Shown one piece after another: positions 37,826-50,039 of a stretch of 64,000 nt of DNA; the first letter of the stretch is position 1; the number at the start of each line of letters is the position of its first letter. Where the stretch lies: contig NC_087436.1 of the NCBI RefSeq assembly GCF_036321535.1, positions 95,296,001 to 95,360,000 on the forward strand. The letters are read 5' to 3'. The notes under the pieces are model-generated. The model saw nothing but the letters and a program-made list of their open reading frames with translations. It searched no databases and had not been told where the DNA came from. The position numbers and the translations under genes were made by a program. The DNA is from Camelus dromedarius (Eukaryota).

Positions 37826-37996
37826 TCTTACAAGGCCGGCCTCAGCCCTCACGAGTCTCTTCCGTGGAGCGTTATATAATCAAATCCAGAAGGGCTGCGC
37901 GGGGCCACGCCTCATCTGCCTCCCCGCCGGGCGCCCTATCGCTGCAGACCCACCCCACTCCGCCCTAAGGGGCCTCCACCCATGGGGCCGCACCCT
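37826..37996 (-). promoter_or_regulatory. Candidate alternative (erythroid-type, 1b) promoter and short first exon
   Basis: TATATAA on the minus strand (37878-37872); CACCC/KLF boxes at 37948-37956, 37958-37966, 37974-37982 and 37988-37996; candidate donor TT|gtaaga at 37832/37831. Confidence 0.6.
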
Positions 37997-39519
37997 GCAG
38001 GGAGTGGGAGGCTGGGAGGGACCCACTGGCTCTGGTCAGCCGCCAGTTCCTGGAAATTCCAGCCTGAGCAGGAGCAGAGATGGCTGGAACCTTAAAAATA
38101 ACCAGAAAGAAGTGGTGGTTGTGTTTCCCGCAGCCCCTGAGGATGCCCCACTAACAGGGCCTCTTGCCGAGCCACAGAACCTCTGGATAGGACTGCCCTC
38201 CCCCTCAAAAGTCAACAAACAGAAAAGCATTTTGAGCCACCGCTGTGTAAGGAAAACGAATCCAAAATATCCCAAACCCAAGTCCCCCTCTCCACTCTTG
38301 CTCCTGTCCTGAAAAGGCTGCCCCCACCTTGTTTTGCCTTGTTTTCTGGTCACTTGCCATGGCAACCTAGAGGTCATCTTTTAAGTCTTCCTCGCCAACT
38401 TTTCTCTCCATTTCTACTGTTGCCACAGGTGTGGCCAGACCCTCAGTGCCTCAAGCCTGTTACTGGGGTCTCCCCTCCACTGGTCTCCCCAAGCCTGTCC
38501 CGTGGCCCCTCCGATCCATCCTGACCCTTTTGCCACCTGCAGTCCTCGAAGTCCTCTTCTCAGCTAGCCTTTCCCAAGCTCCCAAACCTCCCTCCGATGG
38601 GGCCCCAAGGGCTTGCAGAGTGGGCTCAAGCGCCTGGGCGCAGCACCCCTTCGCTACCAGCTGCCCCTGCTCCAGCAGGCACCCTCCACGCTGGCGGCCC
38701 TGGGTCCCCCTCCCACCCTCCATGCCTTTGTTCATTTTTGGCCCAGATGCTGGGCAACCGGCGTGGAATGCCCGTCCCCTTCCGGCTTATCTAAATCCTC
38801 CTAATTCTTCAAAGACCAGCTCAAGGCCCTCCCCACTCTCTGCAGCCAGCTGACTGCTCCCTGGTCGTTCTGAGGCTGCCCTTCTTACCTAGATAGGCTA
38901 GGCTTTTAACTTTCTCAAAGGTCGGCCCCGCTGGAGTGAAGGGCAGGGGTACCTTACACCTACTTAGAGAAGCTCCCTCCCACTTCCCAAAGGAGATCAG
39001 GCGTGTTCACGAAGGTTGTTTTTGTCAGGCATAAAGATCAAATACAAAAGCACTTGGGGCCCAGGAGTTCTAGTCACTTCCTTTTCCCTTAGAATGCACT
39101 TGAAATCTCCCTGAAACAAGTAATAGGGGTGAGGGGGCCTAACCTAAAGGAAACCTATTAAACCAAACTTCCTCAGAATAAGGTATTGCTCCTAACCTTA
39201 ACCTTGCCTGTTCCGCGTTCTCCAGAGACCTTATCAAGCATCATCCTCAAAGAGGATTTTTTTTTTTTTTTACCTACCCAGAGAGCTCTTCTGAACAATC
39301 TAGTATCAAGGTCCCTACTGTTTTAAGACCTAAAAAAAAAAAGCAAAGAGAGAAGAAGCAGCTATTTCAAGAAGAAGAAGAAGATGTGTGTGTGTGTGTG
39401 TGCATGACAAACACTATTTCTTTTTTAAAGGCTACTTCTCTTGACCAAGGAAAGCCAGGGGCTCAGTGATGTTCAGGTTTCCTGATCATCACTACTTTCA
39501 TGACTGGCAATCTCTGGGC

Positions 39520-39700
39520 GCTATTCTTTACATGGACTGTGTCATTTCACGCCTATGAAATGGGGAGGTACTACTTTCCTATTTAACTGATGAGATGATG
39601 AGAACACTGAAACAGAGGTAAAGCAATCTGTCCAAGAGCACACAGCTGTTAAAGCTGTAGAGCTGGGATTCGAACCCAAAGGAGTCTGACTTCAAGGCTG
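39520..39700 (-). mobile_element. MIR SINE
   Basis: ACTGAAACAGAGGTAAAGCAATCTGTCCAAG...GAGCTGGGATTCGAACCCA (tRNA-derived B box). Confidence 0.75.
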
Positions 39701-40049
39701 GTGGTGAACTTGGCACTCCACTCTACTACCTGCCCCTGCAGAGGACAATACTCCGCAACAGCGGGATAGAGATTTCTGCAGACAGATCTGTCCAGGGAGG
39801 ACTGGGGCTGGGGCAGTGGATTTACAACAGTGGCGATCTCAATTCCTCCCCACTGGCCCCAGCTTCTCCCCCTCCCCCAGGGCACGCTTGGACACAATAT
39901 CAAAAGACACATTCTGAAGGCCCCCAAATTAGGCTATTATTGTTCCTAGCCAATGCACCTGCAACTGGTCCATAAAACTGCTCAGAAAAAACTGGCAGCT
40001 TTACCCAAGTAAATACGGAAATCCTCATAATAACTGTACAAAGGTGGAA

Positions 40050-40180
40050 GGGTCAGGTCCTCATCCCCATTTTAGAAATGAGGAAATGGAGGAACAGAGG
40101 TGAAATGACTCGCCCAAATTCGAAGAGCTGGTTGGAGCTGCAGCCAAGAACAGAAGTGCGTCAGCCTGCAGACCTAGGGC
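40050..40180 (-). mobile_element. MIR fragment
   Basis: ATCCCCATTTTAGAAATGAGGAAATGGAGGAACAGAGGTGAAATGACTCGCCCAA. Confidence 0.7.
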
Positions 40181-43100
40181 TCTTTCTGTTCTGCTTAACA
40201 CCGTGCCATGGGACCTGCTTTTAAGTAAAACTGTCTTATACGTGGGTTGCTCCCCCAGTGCCAAGGGTGTGGGACGTGTGTGGGGCCATACTGCCCAAGG
40301 GAGGTGGTGCCATGGGGAGGTTCCAGCGGACAATTAAGATTTCAAAATGACTTTTCAGGTTGGATCACCCTGGACCTCCTCCATCATGTGGCATAACTAA
40401 GCATAATGACTGCACGCAATCTGAGATGAGCGCTAATGAGTAGGTGCTCAATAAATACTTGTGAGATGAACAAATGAATGGATGTCAAACTACCCTTCTC
40501 ACCTGCTAGGATAAAACAAAAGGCAGGGGCCTCGGAGTGACTGTATGGCAGGTGTTGCACCAGGAAAATTAGTGCAGCTAGCCTGAAAATCATATTCTAA
40601 AACCTGAAACACAAAGCAACTGTGAAAAGTTTGCTCGGGAGGCTTGGGAGACAAAACTCCCTTGTTTGGAGAACTAAGTGGAACAGGAACTCGAACTTAC
40701 TAATGAACATGGTTTTAGGGTGCAAAGCTCTGTAAGGTACCCAGGTATAAAGTACAAGAAGAGATAAAGGAGTGGATTTCAGGGATTAGATTCAGAATGG
40801 TAGTTGGGAGAATGAAGAGCGAGTGGGCCAAAGGAGAAAGGACCCACACTTGATCACGGGTCGCTCTCCAGGGTAGAATGCGCTGCCTCCAAGTCCACTG
40901 GATTCGCTTCTCTCTAGATTTGGCCAGACTCCATTGATCTGGATTGAGACTAGCTCCAGGCCATCCCTGGAGATCCCCAGGCCTCCGGAGATGGGAAACC
41001 ATCTTGGGCACGTTCCAAGCTAAGGTGGGCTCTTCAGAGTCCTCCTGGAAGGGGACTGTTTCAGAAAGCACCCCCTTCCTGGAAGAGGGAAAGAGCTAGA
41101 CCCAGGGTTACACAGATGCACGGGCTGAAGGGCCACTTAACTTACTCCATTCGGCCTCTAGCTTCCCTTAATAATGAGATGGGGGAAATGATAATGTATT
41201 CTGCCTGCCAACACAATGGAATAAGTTTCAAATAGCTCCAGCAACCTGCTTTGCTAGAGAAAGAACTTTACTCTGAGTGTTAAACACTCTGATCGACAGA
41301 TACAAAATATACTGACAATTTTTTTTTCTGTTCCACTGAACTATGATGACATTCCACAAAATGCACAGAGCCAATTAAAAGGCTATATATATTTTTTTGC
41401 TTAGGGAGACAACAGTACCAGTTCTGGTTCAGAAACTGTCTATAGCATTGTGTCTTTTATTACTACTAAATTTCAAGGAAGGAGAGTTGGTGGGGGGGGC
41501 ACGGGTAGGGGGAGCAGGGCTACCTCCTTTAGACAATGCTCTCCCTTATCAGGGCAGACTGCTGTCTGGTTTCCTGTCTCGAGCTCTGGCATTACTGCTT
41601 CAGAGGAGAGACGGGGTCTAAGAAAGGGACAGATCAGCCTTGAAAATGAGAATGCTAAAAGCCACCATAATCTTTCCTTTCCAACTCACTCAAGATGAAT
41701 TTTGACTGGAATATTAGCAAACCAGATATCTGGGTGTGAAAACAGAGAGTAAGAAATACCCCCTAAGAAAACTGTTCATTTTACAGAAAAAAAAAAAATG
41801 TTGATTTGGACACATTAAGAAGGCAAATATCTAAAGGGGGGATGGAGATAAAATTATATTGAACTAGGAAAAATGATTTACATGGTTAAGAGATGAAAAC
41901 TATTGTCCCCATCCCCTTTTTGTAATTATAGTAACTATCAGACTGGTACATTTTTCTCCAAGTGTTTAGCTTACATTTAAAAGATTGCAGAATTTTTTTC
42001 TGATAGAATATATTAGATTCTAATCATCTCTATTAACCACCTCCCTCTCCCCAAAAATGGGGAGGAAAAAATGATTTGGGGTAAGCAGAATAAAGACCAA
42101 AGATCCAAATCTAGTTGGATTATTAACAACTTTGGAACTAAAACAAAAAACCTTGCTTTAGTTTGGGTTACTTATGAATTTGCTTTAAAGGCCTCTTGTC
42201 CTACCAGCAGCTTTATATTATTTTAAGTTTGCTTCCTGCAAAGAAGAAGAAAAAAAAAATCATACTGAAACTTTCCAAAACTCCTATCTTTTTTCATGGA
42301 AGGTTATCAATATCTTACTATTTAACCCTAGTAGCTTTCTTAATAGCATGCTATTATGATGTTATTGATATTAATATGTAATAGTAATTAACATATAGTA
42401 ATAACTAATATAATACTCTTTTATCCATAAAGAAAAAATGTGGTGGGACGAGACGTTAAGCCAAAGCACTGTTATTATCAATTTTGGGAAGAACAGGGTC
42501 TGACATGCTCACTTCAGCAACTCTTCCAACTGACTCCACTTCAGGGGACACTGCAGTTAATTCCTTTAGATTTTAGAGAAAATCCCCAAATAAAAAGTTC
42601 AAAAAAAGAAACTTGCCACAAGTTTTCTTTTCCAACAATTTCTTAAAACTTAACTGCTGGAGAACCAACAGAAAAGTAATTTGTTAAAGGCTTTAAATAG
42701 TTAACCCAGAAATTTGCTAATCACAACTGACAGAACATACCCAAAGGGGCGGGGAAGTGAGGATTATGAGAAAGTTGTTATTGTAAAACAATAAAAATAA
42801 GAGCATTCTCCTGTTTTCAAAATATAAGACTAAAAATTTTCCAACTACCATTAAATGAACTTATTTCCAGTTCTCCTTTTTTTTTTTTTTTTGAGGTTTT
42901 ATTCTTAAAACTGTTTGGAAATCAGATGGAGAATACAGTAAAAATCTTTTTCCTTAAAAAAAAAAATCTAGTATTTAAATCTTTGTCCTTAAAAAGAAAT
43001 AATCCTGGAATGCTCTTAATATATCTCATATTTTGCTTCAATACAAGATTTCTTCCTTAAAACATAAGCAAGACTTTCAAGTCAGCCCATGCTGCCAAGA

Positions 43101-44495
43101 ACTGCCTGAGTTCTCCATCCCACGAAGCCTCCTGTGCCTTCCGGGTCCTGTGTTAAATGCCACATCTTTCAGATAACGCAAGGTCTTCTAAACTCTAAGG
43201 TGGTAACCCCATCCTAAAATTGACAGTTTAGGGCAAAATGATTATCTCAAAACACTCAACCCATCTCAAAACAAGAATGAAAAACAAACAAACAAAAAAA
43301 CCTTCTTCAGATTTCTAGTCAACATGCACACACATTTCTTAAAATTGCAAGTTGGCAATGATGAACTAAAAAAGGTAGAAGTATTTTATTCACCCATATA
43401 AATACACTGGAGCAAGGGTGTATAAAAGAAGGTTAACTGACTTCTCATTATGACATAACACAGGCATCTTAAGCAATCACAAGTGTGTAGAGACATGATA
43501 ACTCCCTGGGTGGGGATAGGGAGTTGAGGGACAGGGATCATGGCCTGGTCTGGGCTACTGATCTACCAGAAAACAGCCTGAAACAGGAAAGAGCACACAT
43601 ATGCCACTTGGAATGTATGACGCAAACCCCAGCCTTGAAACAAAGAACAGGAAACAGCTCTGCTGGCTGTGCTGGAGAGAAAGCACAGAGAAACATTTAG
43701 CCGGCCCTCCCTGACCCTATATTCATGAGCAGCTGGAGTTTTTTAAGACAACAACAGGGGGGTGGAGGTGTTTGTTCTATGGGTGTGAATAATAACACCA
43801 GCTTTATACAGGGGATCTGCCCTATTTACAAATAGGTGCTTCCACATACAGTAAACATCATAAGTGAACATGTGATTTTATCATATTCAAGCAGCATAGA
43901 CCTTCCTAATTAACACCAGCCTCCCTACCGATTTCTTTTGTCTCTTTCTCCCCCATCCCAATGTCTGGTCTCTAGCCATGATCAAACTCTGGGTTAGGGT
44001 GATGATTACTGTTCAGCCTTAGAGCATCAGGAGGCAAATGAAGAGAGCGCTCTGCTGCTGAGAATCTAGAAGACACTGGGGTCATCCCACATAACTGAAA
44101 CGGGACCAACTGTAACCACAGAACTAAATTCCAAGACAAAGAGTATGGGACGTCTAGAGTCACCCCAAATGTCCAGTCTTTTTCAGCTGCATAATTACAA
44201 ACCTATTTGCACACAGCTGCACATCTGTTCTACATGCACACACATCTACATTTTTTGAGAATGTGATTCTGTTCCTGACATTTCATTTAATCCAAAATTG
44301 TTATACAACCTGTACAATAGAGTATCAATTTTTCTAAGATATCCTAAAATATCTATTTTCCTTTAGGTATTTTTTAAGGCAGTAAAATACACTCATAATC
44401 CTTTCCCCACTATTGCTCTTTATTTTGTTAGGTAGGACTATTTAACTCAGGTTTCCATTAGCAGAGATTGTACAGACAGAATGACAGGTAAAAAA

Positions 44496-44555
44496 GAAAA
44501 GAAAAGAAAAGAAAAGAAAAGAAAAGAAAAGAAAAGAAAAGAAAAGAAAAGAAAA
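44496..44555 (+). repeat. (GAAAA)12 pentanucleotide microsatellite
   Basis: Read directly; perfect repeat. Confidence 0.98.
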
Positions 44556-45589
44556 GAAAGGCATCACTGTGTCCATAGCGACCAGAAGATTAGGTTTTAA
44601 TTTAGAAACTTTGCTGTGAAAAAAACAATAGCTTTCTCCAAAGCTATGTTGCCATATTTCACATCTGACAAGGTTCTGTGGTCGAAGTAGCTACTTTTCT
44701 TTGTTATTTTCCCACTAGGATATATGTACGTGCATTCTCCTTCATGCAAGCAGAATGCTCCTTACAGTCTGTCTTCATTGAACTCACCCATTTATACTTC
44801 TTTCTTCTAACAGTTCTGCAGCAAACCCCACTGCCGGTAGAAATTGAGATATCACCTTCTCTGAGGAGTTTAAATTAATCAAACATCTCATTTCAGCTTT
44901 CTGTTAACAGAATAAGGTCAACTCACATACTCCATGTTTCAAGCCACAAGAAACTCTTTCATCCACCCTTCCTTTTAAAAATACTAACTCGCAAAATTTT
45001 GGAGATGCTAATGCTATCAGATTGTTTTTTCCCCCTAAAAGCAAGTCTTCTCTTGGACTAGGCAGATTATCATCCAGATGCATGTCTATTAAAAAAAATT
45101 CTCCTCAAATTCATAACTAAAGCACTCAGAAAAAGACAGCACACAATTGTTCTGTGGAATAACCTGTAACGAACAACTGCCCTATTCCCCACTTGATTTT
45201 GCTTCATAATTACAGATACTAAATCTAAATGAAGTCAGAATACCACTTCATACTTTTCTCCGTATACCAGACTCTTGTGAGAATATAATCAATATTTAAA
45301 GTGTCTTGGGTGACATTAATGGAAAAATACATTGAGTTGGTTAAAAAATTCAGTAAAATGTTTATCTTAGTGAAATACAAGAAGGAGAGCAATTACTAAT
45401 TTCCGTTTAACCTGCCTCAGGAAAAAAAATAAGTCCTTTTCAGCGTTCTTCATCTAGTGTTATTGTATATTGCTGTAAAATTTAAAGTCAAATAGAGTGT
45501 TCTCCCTGCTATTTGCCAAAGAAGTAGCTATGACAATTCCAGGTACTATATGCCATCTCCGAGAAAGTCACTCGGAAAGGTAGATCCTA

Positions 45590-48000
45590 GGTCCCGAGGG
45601 CCTGGGTCCAGGGATCCATGTCCCTCGGTCCCCACCCCGCTCGGGTCCCTAACACTGCAGGCAGTCGCCTAAGGCGTTCTCCGCCTCCAGCCACGCTGCA
45701 ATTCTCGCTCCAGACACTGCAGCAGGTTCTCTCCGTGCCCCCGAGGAGGACTCTCCAAACCCCGCCAGCTCCTTCTCCTGCCCCCGGGGATCCAGACGCC
45801 CTGCCTGCTCCTGGCCTCCAGGACCAAGAACTGGATGCTGCCTCCACTCCCAGTTGCCCCAAGTTTCTTCCCAGAAGGCCCGCGAGGTTGCTCCAAGTTT
45901 GCTTGGGCGGCGGGTGAGCGACAGCGCGCCCCGTTCGAGGAGGGGGGCGGCGGGGGGCGCCGGCGGAGGGCGGGGAGGAGGAGGGCGCGGGGGGTGGGGG
46001 ACCAGGAGGGGGAGGAGCAGGAGCGCGCGGCCTCGGCGCTACCTTTCTCCAAACAACGTTGCCACACGCGGAGAGCTCTGAGATTTCTGGGCTTTGGAGG
46101 GAATCGCAAGCGGGCGGGCGGGTGGCGGTCAGGGGACCACACAGGTGAGCCCCCGCCCGCGTCCTATCCCGGGCCGCGGCGGGCGCCGCCGGCCTGGCTT
46201 CCCCGCGCCCGCGGAGCCGCACGGTGACTCTCCCCAATCCCACACTTTCCACCGCTGAACCCAAGGCCCCCCTCCCCCTCTCCTCTTCTCCACCCCCACC
46301 CCCCGGCTCCGAGGAGCTGTTGCACTTTCCCAAGCCCACGGGCGCCCCAACCTCCCCGCTGCACCCCCAACCCATTTACTGCGCGCCCCCACCGTGGAAA
46401 AAAAGGGAAATCCGACGAGCCAACAAGGGGGGCAACAAGACTTGAGGCGAGAAGGAAAGGTGAGGGAGAGGGGACTTACTTTTCGAGGCGCGGTGCTGAC
46501 CGCTGCAGGCAAGAAATAAAGGCCCGGATCCGGGCTGCCTGGAACCCCGCGGATGCAGTGGTGTCAGCGCTCCGGTCCGGGTGGCGTTGGCGGTGGCGGC
46601 CGCAGGGGACGGGAACGGGCGCGCGTGCGGCTCGGCTCGGCGGGCGCTCGCGCTGCGCTCCGGCTCGGGCCCCGGCTCCGCGCGGCTCCGCTCCTGGCTC
46701 CCCTCTGGCTCCTGGCACCAACTCCGGGCAGTCACATGACGCCGGCGCCGCTCGCTCTGCGAGCCTCCCGGGGCTGGCGGGGTAAGTAGAGGCTGGGACC
46801 CGGGGTGGGAGGGTCAGGGAGGGGAGAGGGAGCCGCCGCGGCCGCCCGGGCTGGGCGGGTCCCCACCCACTTGGGTGGAGGCAGCCGCCGGAGGGGTCGG
46901 CCGAGTCACTCGCGCAAACACGCACCCCGCCCTGAGCCCTTCCCCCGCCACCCCCGCCTCCCGCGCCGCCTCCGCCCCGCCCCGCCCAGTCACCCGGGGA
47001 CGGCCTGACAGACACTCATTATTCCCCGGAGCCGGGCGCCGCCCCGCCGGCCCAACCTGTCCCGCGAGGCGCGGTGCGGCCGTGGGGCTGGGCGTGCGCG
47101 GCGCGGCCCCCGCCCCGGAGCCCCCGCCCATCGCCCCCCGCTCTGCCCCGGAGTCCCCACCCGCTACCCCTCCCGGCGCCCTCCGCCCTCCGCCCGGGAG
47201 CCCTCGGCCCCGCCTGGCCCGGACCCGCCGCCGCCGCCGCCCGAGCCCGGGGGGAAGGAAGGGCGGCGCTGGCCGCTCGGGGCGTCACAGGGCTGCAGCC
47301 CGCTGCGCCGCTTCCAAAACACACAGCCGGGCTCGCGGGCGAGCTGGGGCGGGGGACCCGGGCCGGCCGGGGCCATCAATCAGCCGACTCCGGCGGGAAG
47401 GGCGGCTCCGGGCGCGGCGGGAAGGGCTGGGCCCCGCGGCCAGCGCGGCCCCTCCTGGGCCCAGTGCAGACAACTCTTAAAGAAAAAGCAGAAAAGGCAC
47501 CGCTGGGGCAGGAGTGGGTGGACCCGGGCGAATTCGGGAGAGAAAGAAAAGCGGGGTAGGGGGATGACAGCTGGGGGGACAAACCCTAAAATGGTCCCGA
47601 GTTTCCAAGGCCATTCGCCATCCTGTAGCGCTCTTTCTTTGTGCCCCGAGGCCCCCTTGTCGCCCGCCCCAGGTGGGGATGGCCTGGCCGGTGGCTCACC
47701 CGCCTCCCGGGACTTTTCTTTGAAGGCCAGGAGGCCCCCGAGCAAACTTCCCACGGGCCGGGCCGCCGCTGGAGCGGCAAGGCGACCAGGAGCAGCTGCA
47801 TCTGCTCAGCCCGGCCGGCCGGAAAACTTGGCAAACTTCGGTCGGGATCCTCCCGCCCGGAGGGAGAACTCGGGGCGAGCTGAGGGCTCGGCCTAGCGAC
47901 CTCTTCGTTTCGTGTCGCTTCCCTGGGACCAAGCGCGAGCGTCCTCGGTGGCCGTCACAGCTCTCAGAGCCGGGAGGAAACTCGCTTTTTGCCCCATCCA
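45590..48000. promoter_or_regulatory. CpG island / main (1a) promoter of KLF3
   Basis: Very high GC and CpG density; tandem Sp/KLF GC boxes (CCGCCC, CCCCGCC) at 46922-46987; E-box GTCACATGAC at 46731-46740. Confidence 0.92.
46480..46740 (-). other. KLF3: KLF3 non-coding exon 1 (1a); TSS approximate
   Basis: Strong donor CGAAAA|gtaagt at 46480/46479 inside the CpG island, downstream of a GC-box array. Confidence 0.75.
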
Positions 48001-48879
48001 GGCCCCTGGGAGGACTTTGTATAGCTTGGTACCCGAGTTTAATGCTTTTTGAATTTCTTTTTACAGTATTAATGTAATAAAGAATGCAATAAAAAGAACA
48101 AAGGACAAATTGGTTCAATTGTTTTAGTCCTGTGTAATGTTGGAAAACGCCCCTGCTTCAGTCTATAGCTTGTTATTGCTTCAAGATGTTTTAAAGGCCC
48201 TTTAAGTTCACCATCCTCACTTTGGTGCTTCGTCCAGGCATGGTACTACTTAAAACGAAGAGATATAGTATATTCCGAGCCCCTTCATGTCACTCAGTAT
48301 TGTAAAATTAGTACCGGGTAACCTCAAGTCGTGAAATTGCTTATTGTGAAACATGCATATATACATAAAAGACCACGTGGAGAACACCCAGACCTGACTC
48401 CACCACTTCATGTGCCATCTTAGGTCTCACAAGATTAATCTTTAAAATGATATAAAGGGATGGAGATTTTTTTGAATGAATAAAGACGGGTGCGAGGGAA
48501 AAAGTTGGGTTCGTGTCAGTTACTAATTGCAACTCATTGATCACTGACACCATTAAATGTTTGATTGGATGCCTTAGATTTGTATTCACGGAAAAAACAT
48601 TAGCGATGACTGATGGAATTGTTTTGCATTTCGGTGCCTGGCTCATACTGGGGGCTCAAAAAATAACAGGCTTCACTCAAGGGACATAGAGTGATGAAGC
48701 ACATAAATTACGGGTTTTTTTTTTTTTTAAATTTTCATGTGGGTGTGGACCCAAAGGAGAAGAGTGAAGTAGGTCTCTGTGAGAAAAGTGTGATTCCAGA
48801 TAAGTAGGGAGTGGCTTTGATAACGAACGGGTGGGGGAGGGAAGAGAAAAGTCATAAAAGAGGTTAATTAATAAACATG

Positions 48880-49750
48880 CTCTGTTCAGTGCCCTGTGGG
48901 AGGCAGCTCAAACACAACTTGTACAGAAAGGACTTCATCCAATAAAGGACACCACCATCCCTCTGGGAGCCTAAAGCAGAACTGCCTTAAGTCATCCTTA
49001 GCTCCTCCCCCTCTATGGCTGGCCACAGTCCTGTCATTCACTGAATCCTGGACCTCCTCAATCACCACCCACTCCTTGGCTGCCATCCTGGTCCAGCCTA
49101 TTGCCACAATGTCTCGTTGGTCAGCCTGTTTGCAGTGTGGCTGAAGTGTGGGTAAGGGGTTGGAGCAAAAGATTAAGAATGCGTTTTCTAAAATGCAAAC
49201 CTCAAAAACACGTCAAACTCTTCAATGACTTCTCTCCAGATAAAGTGCAAGATTTTACCAGCACCTCCCCTCCCCTCTCCCAGTGTGGACCTGGTCTCCA
49301 CCTATCCTTATAGACACATCACTCACTGTTTTCCTCTCCCACTCTTTCCTCCAGCAACACTGAGCTGCTTTTCTTTACCCACCTCTGGCCCTTTGCACGT
49401 GCTCATTTTTCTAGGTGGACTAGCCTCCTCGCCTTCTCCCCCACTCCTGACCTCTGCTTTCATTTCCTTTAAATGGTGACATAAATGACATTTTCAACAA
49501 AATATATCTTCTCTTACCACCATCCCTCACCTCATTTTTTGGAAGAGTGGAGGCCTCCTTCTTGGTGCTCTGATAACACCCATGCTTCACCTCTTGTAAC
49601 ACTTTTTATTCTTTCTTGTGATTGACTATTTAACTCTATGGCACTGAAATAGAAACTCTGCGAAGTCAGGGAACTTATCTTTTTAGCAAAATTGCATCCC
49701 TATGGTACAGGTGTTCAATGAATATTTGTAAAATGAATAAATGTGAGCTA
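48880..49750 (+). mobile_element. L2 fragments
   Basis: CAGCTCAAACACAACTTGTACAGAA..., CCTCTGGCCCTTTGCACGTGCT and tail CAGGTGTTCAATGAATATTTGTAAAATGAATAAATG. Confidence 0.6.
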
Positions 49751-50039
49751 TGAATTGAGAAGAAGTCATTCAAGCTAAAAGGATGCAAGGAGGCTTCAGG
49801 GTGGTAAGTGGCCGTGAACTGTACCTTTGAAATAGTGAAGAGGAGGGAAGTTCCCCTAACTGTTTTTAAACAGTAGAGTGAGATAGTGAAAGTGGTGCCT
49901 AGATCTTCCTTTTTATTCCTAACCCTAGCACAGAGCCTGGTATAGGCTTAGGTACTGCATAAATCCATAAATCCTGGTAAATGAAGTATCTCGAGCTTGG
50001 TCCTTGTGGTAGCTGCTGCACTCTTGTTCTCTGAGGACA

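Larger units (their letters stand above)
12001..46740 (-). other. KLF3: KLF3 gene span (exon 1a to distal poly(A) site); ends approximate
   Basis: Five coding exons assemble to a 345-aa ORF; CpG-island first exon with a GT donor at 46479; AATAAA at 12023-12018. Confidence 0.93.

Noticed and set aside
38004..38853. Cluster of 60-140 aa ORFs beside the candidate 1b promoter
   Set aside because: Moderately GC-rich intronic sequence; proline/serine-rich products with no splice-consistent structure or homology.
31651..46563. Non-AUG N-terminal extension (spliced frame open for 41 codons upstream of Met1)
   Set aside because: In-frame near-cognate codons (TTG, ATC, ATA) mostly have poor context, and an open frame this short is likely by chance; needs ribosome profiling.
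45587..48118. Many long overlapping ORFs (up to 262 aa) on both strands
   Set aside because: Expected from stop-codon scarcity in a CpG island; low-complexity G/P/A/R products, mostly non-ATG starts, no domain.
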